Assembly: GCA_030704615.1 (NCBI GenBank)
Contig: CM060733.1
Location: 73,222,001-73,286,000 of the forward strand
Source of the DNA: Takakia lepidozioides
Lineage: Eukaryota > Plantae > Bryophyta
Direction: 5' to 3'
Length of the DNA stretch: 64,000 nucleotides
Below, in pieces: positions 63,724 through 64,000 of the stretch. The notes beneath the pieces are model-generated. The model saw only the letters and a list, made by a program, of their open reading frames with translations. It was not told the origin of the DNA and searched no databases. Positions within the stretch are counted from its first letter, which is position 1. The number at the start of each line of letters is the position of its first letter. Position numbers and translations under genes: made by a program.

Positions 63724-64000
63724 GTACGTTTCAAATACTTTATTTTTATGCCTTCTCTGTTGAAGTTCCACTGTACTGATTGTTATGAAGTCATGCTGTT
63801 CGCACTGCCTGAATTGAGTGCTTCAGCGCACTCAGTTATGGCGGTGCATGAGCAATGACCCTGAACCCGTTCCACCCGGAATGGGTCTGCACTCCCACCC
63901 AGATGTGCTACGAAACATTCCTCACTAATTATTGACCTCTTCATCGCAGACCCATCTATTTGAGGCCGTCTGTCTCGTGAGGGTACATCCACTGTCGACT

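Noticed and set aside
1-64000. Most short ORFs in the track; tRNA/rRNA genes; a giant-virus insertion
   Set aside because: The short ORFs are antisense or off-frame shadows of repeats and TEs. No structural RNA genes or viral hallmark genes (capsid, polB, packaging ATPase) were recognised.

Overview
Repeat-dense eukaryotic nuclear DNA, most likely from a non-seed land plant or other streptophyte. This is inferred from GT-AG introns, PLS-type PPR fragments, a plant folate-biopterin transporter and En/Spm elements. Only one intact host gene is visible: a 4-exon BT1-family transporter on the minus strand (13103-16515). Nearly everything else is nested, mostly decayed transposable elements: two Ty3/gypsy retroelements, a single LTR with PPT, a large CACTA, a complete non-autonomous CACTA with TSD, Mutator-like (GCM/SWIM) and Sola-like DDE transposase relics, and LINE ends. 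The strongest theme is transposon-borne chromatin/DNA-modifying cargo. (1) An intron-containing gene combines a ParB/Srx-like domain (WDGNHR) with an amino-(N6A/N4C)-methyltransferase-like domain. It lies head-to-head with a GCM-MULE transposase, has 20-bp palindromes in its introns, has a paralog at 31.4-32.4 kb that the ORF track misses, and a further ParB-like exon occurs at 6.5-7.1 kb. (2) A Ty3/gypsy polyprotein carries a DNMT3-like C5 methyltransferase after the protease. (3) A CACTA carries an FCP1/SCP-like HAD phosphatase ORF. All domain calls come from motif recognition by eye, not from database searches, and most TE boundaries are approximate.
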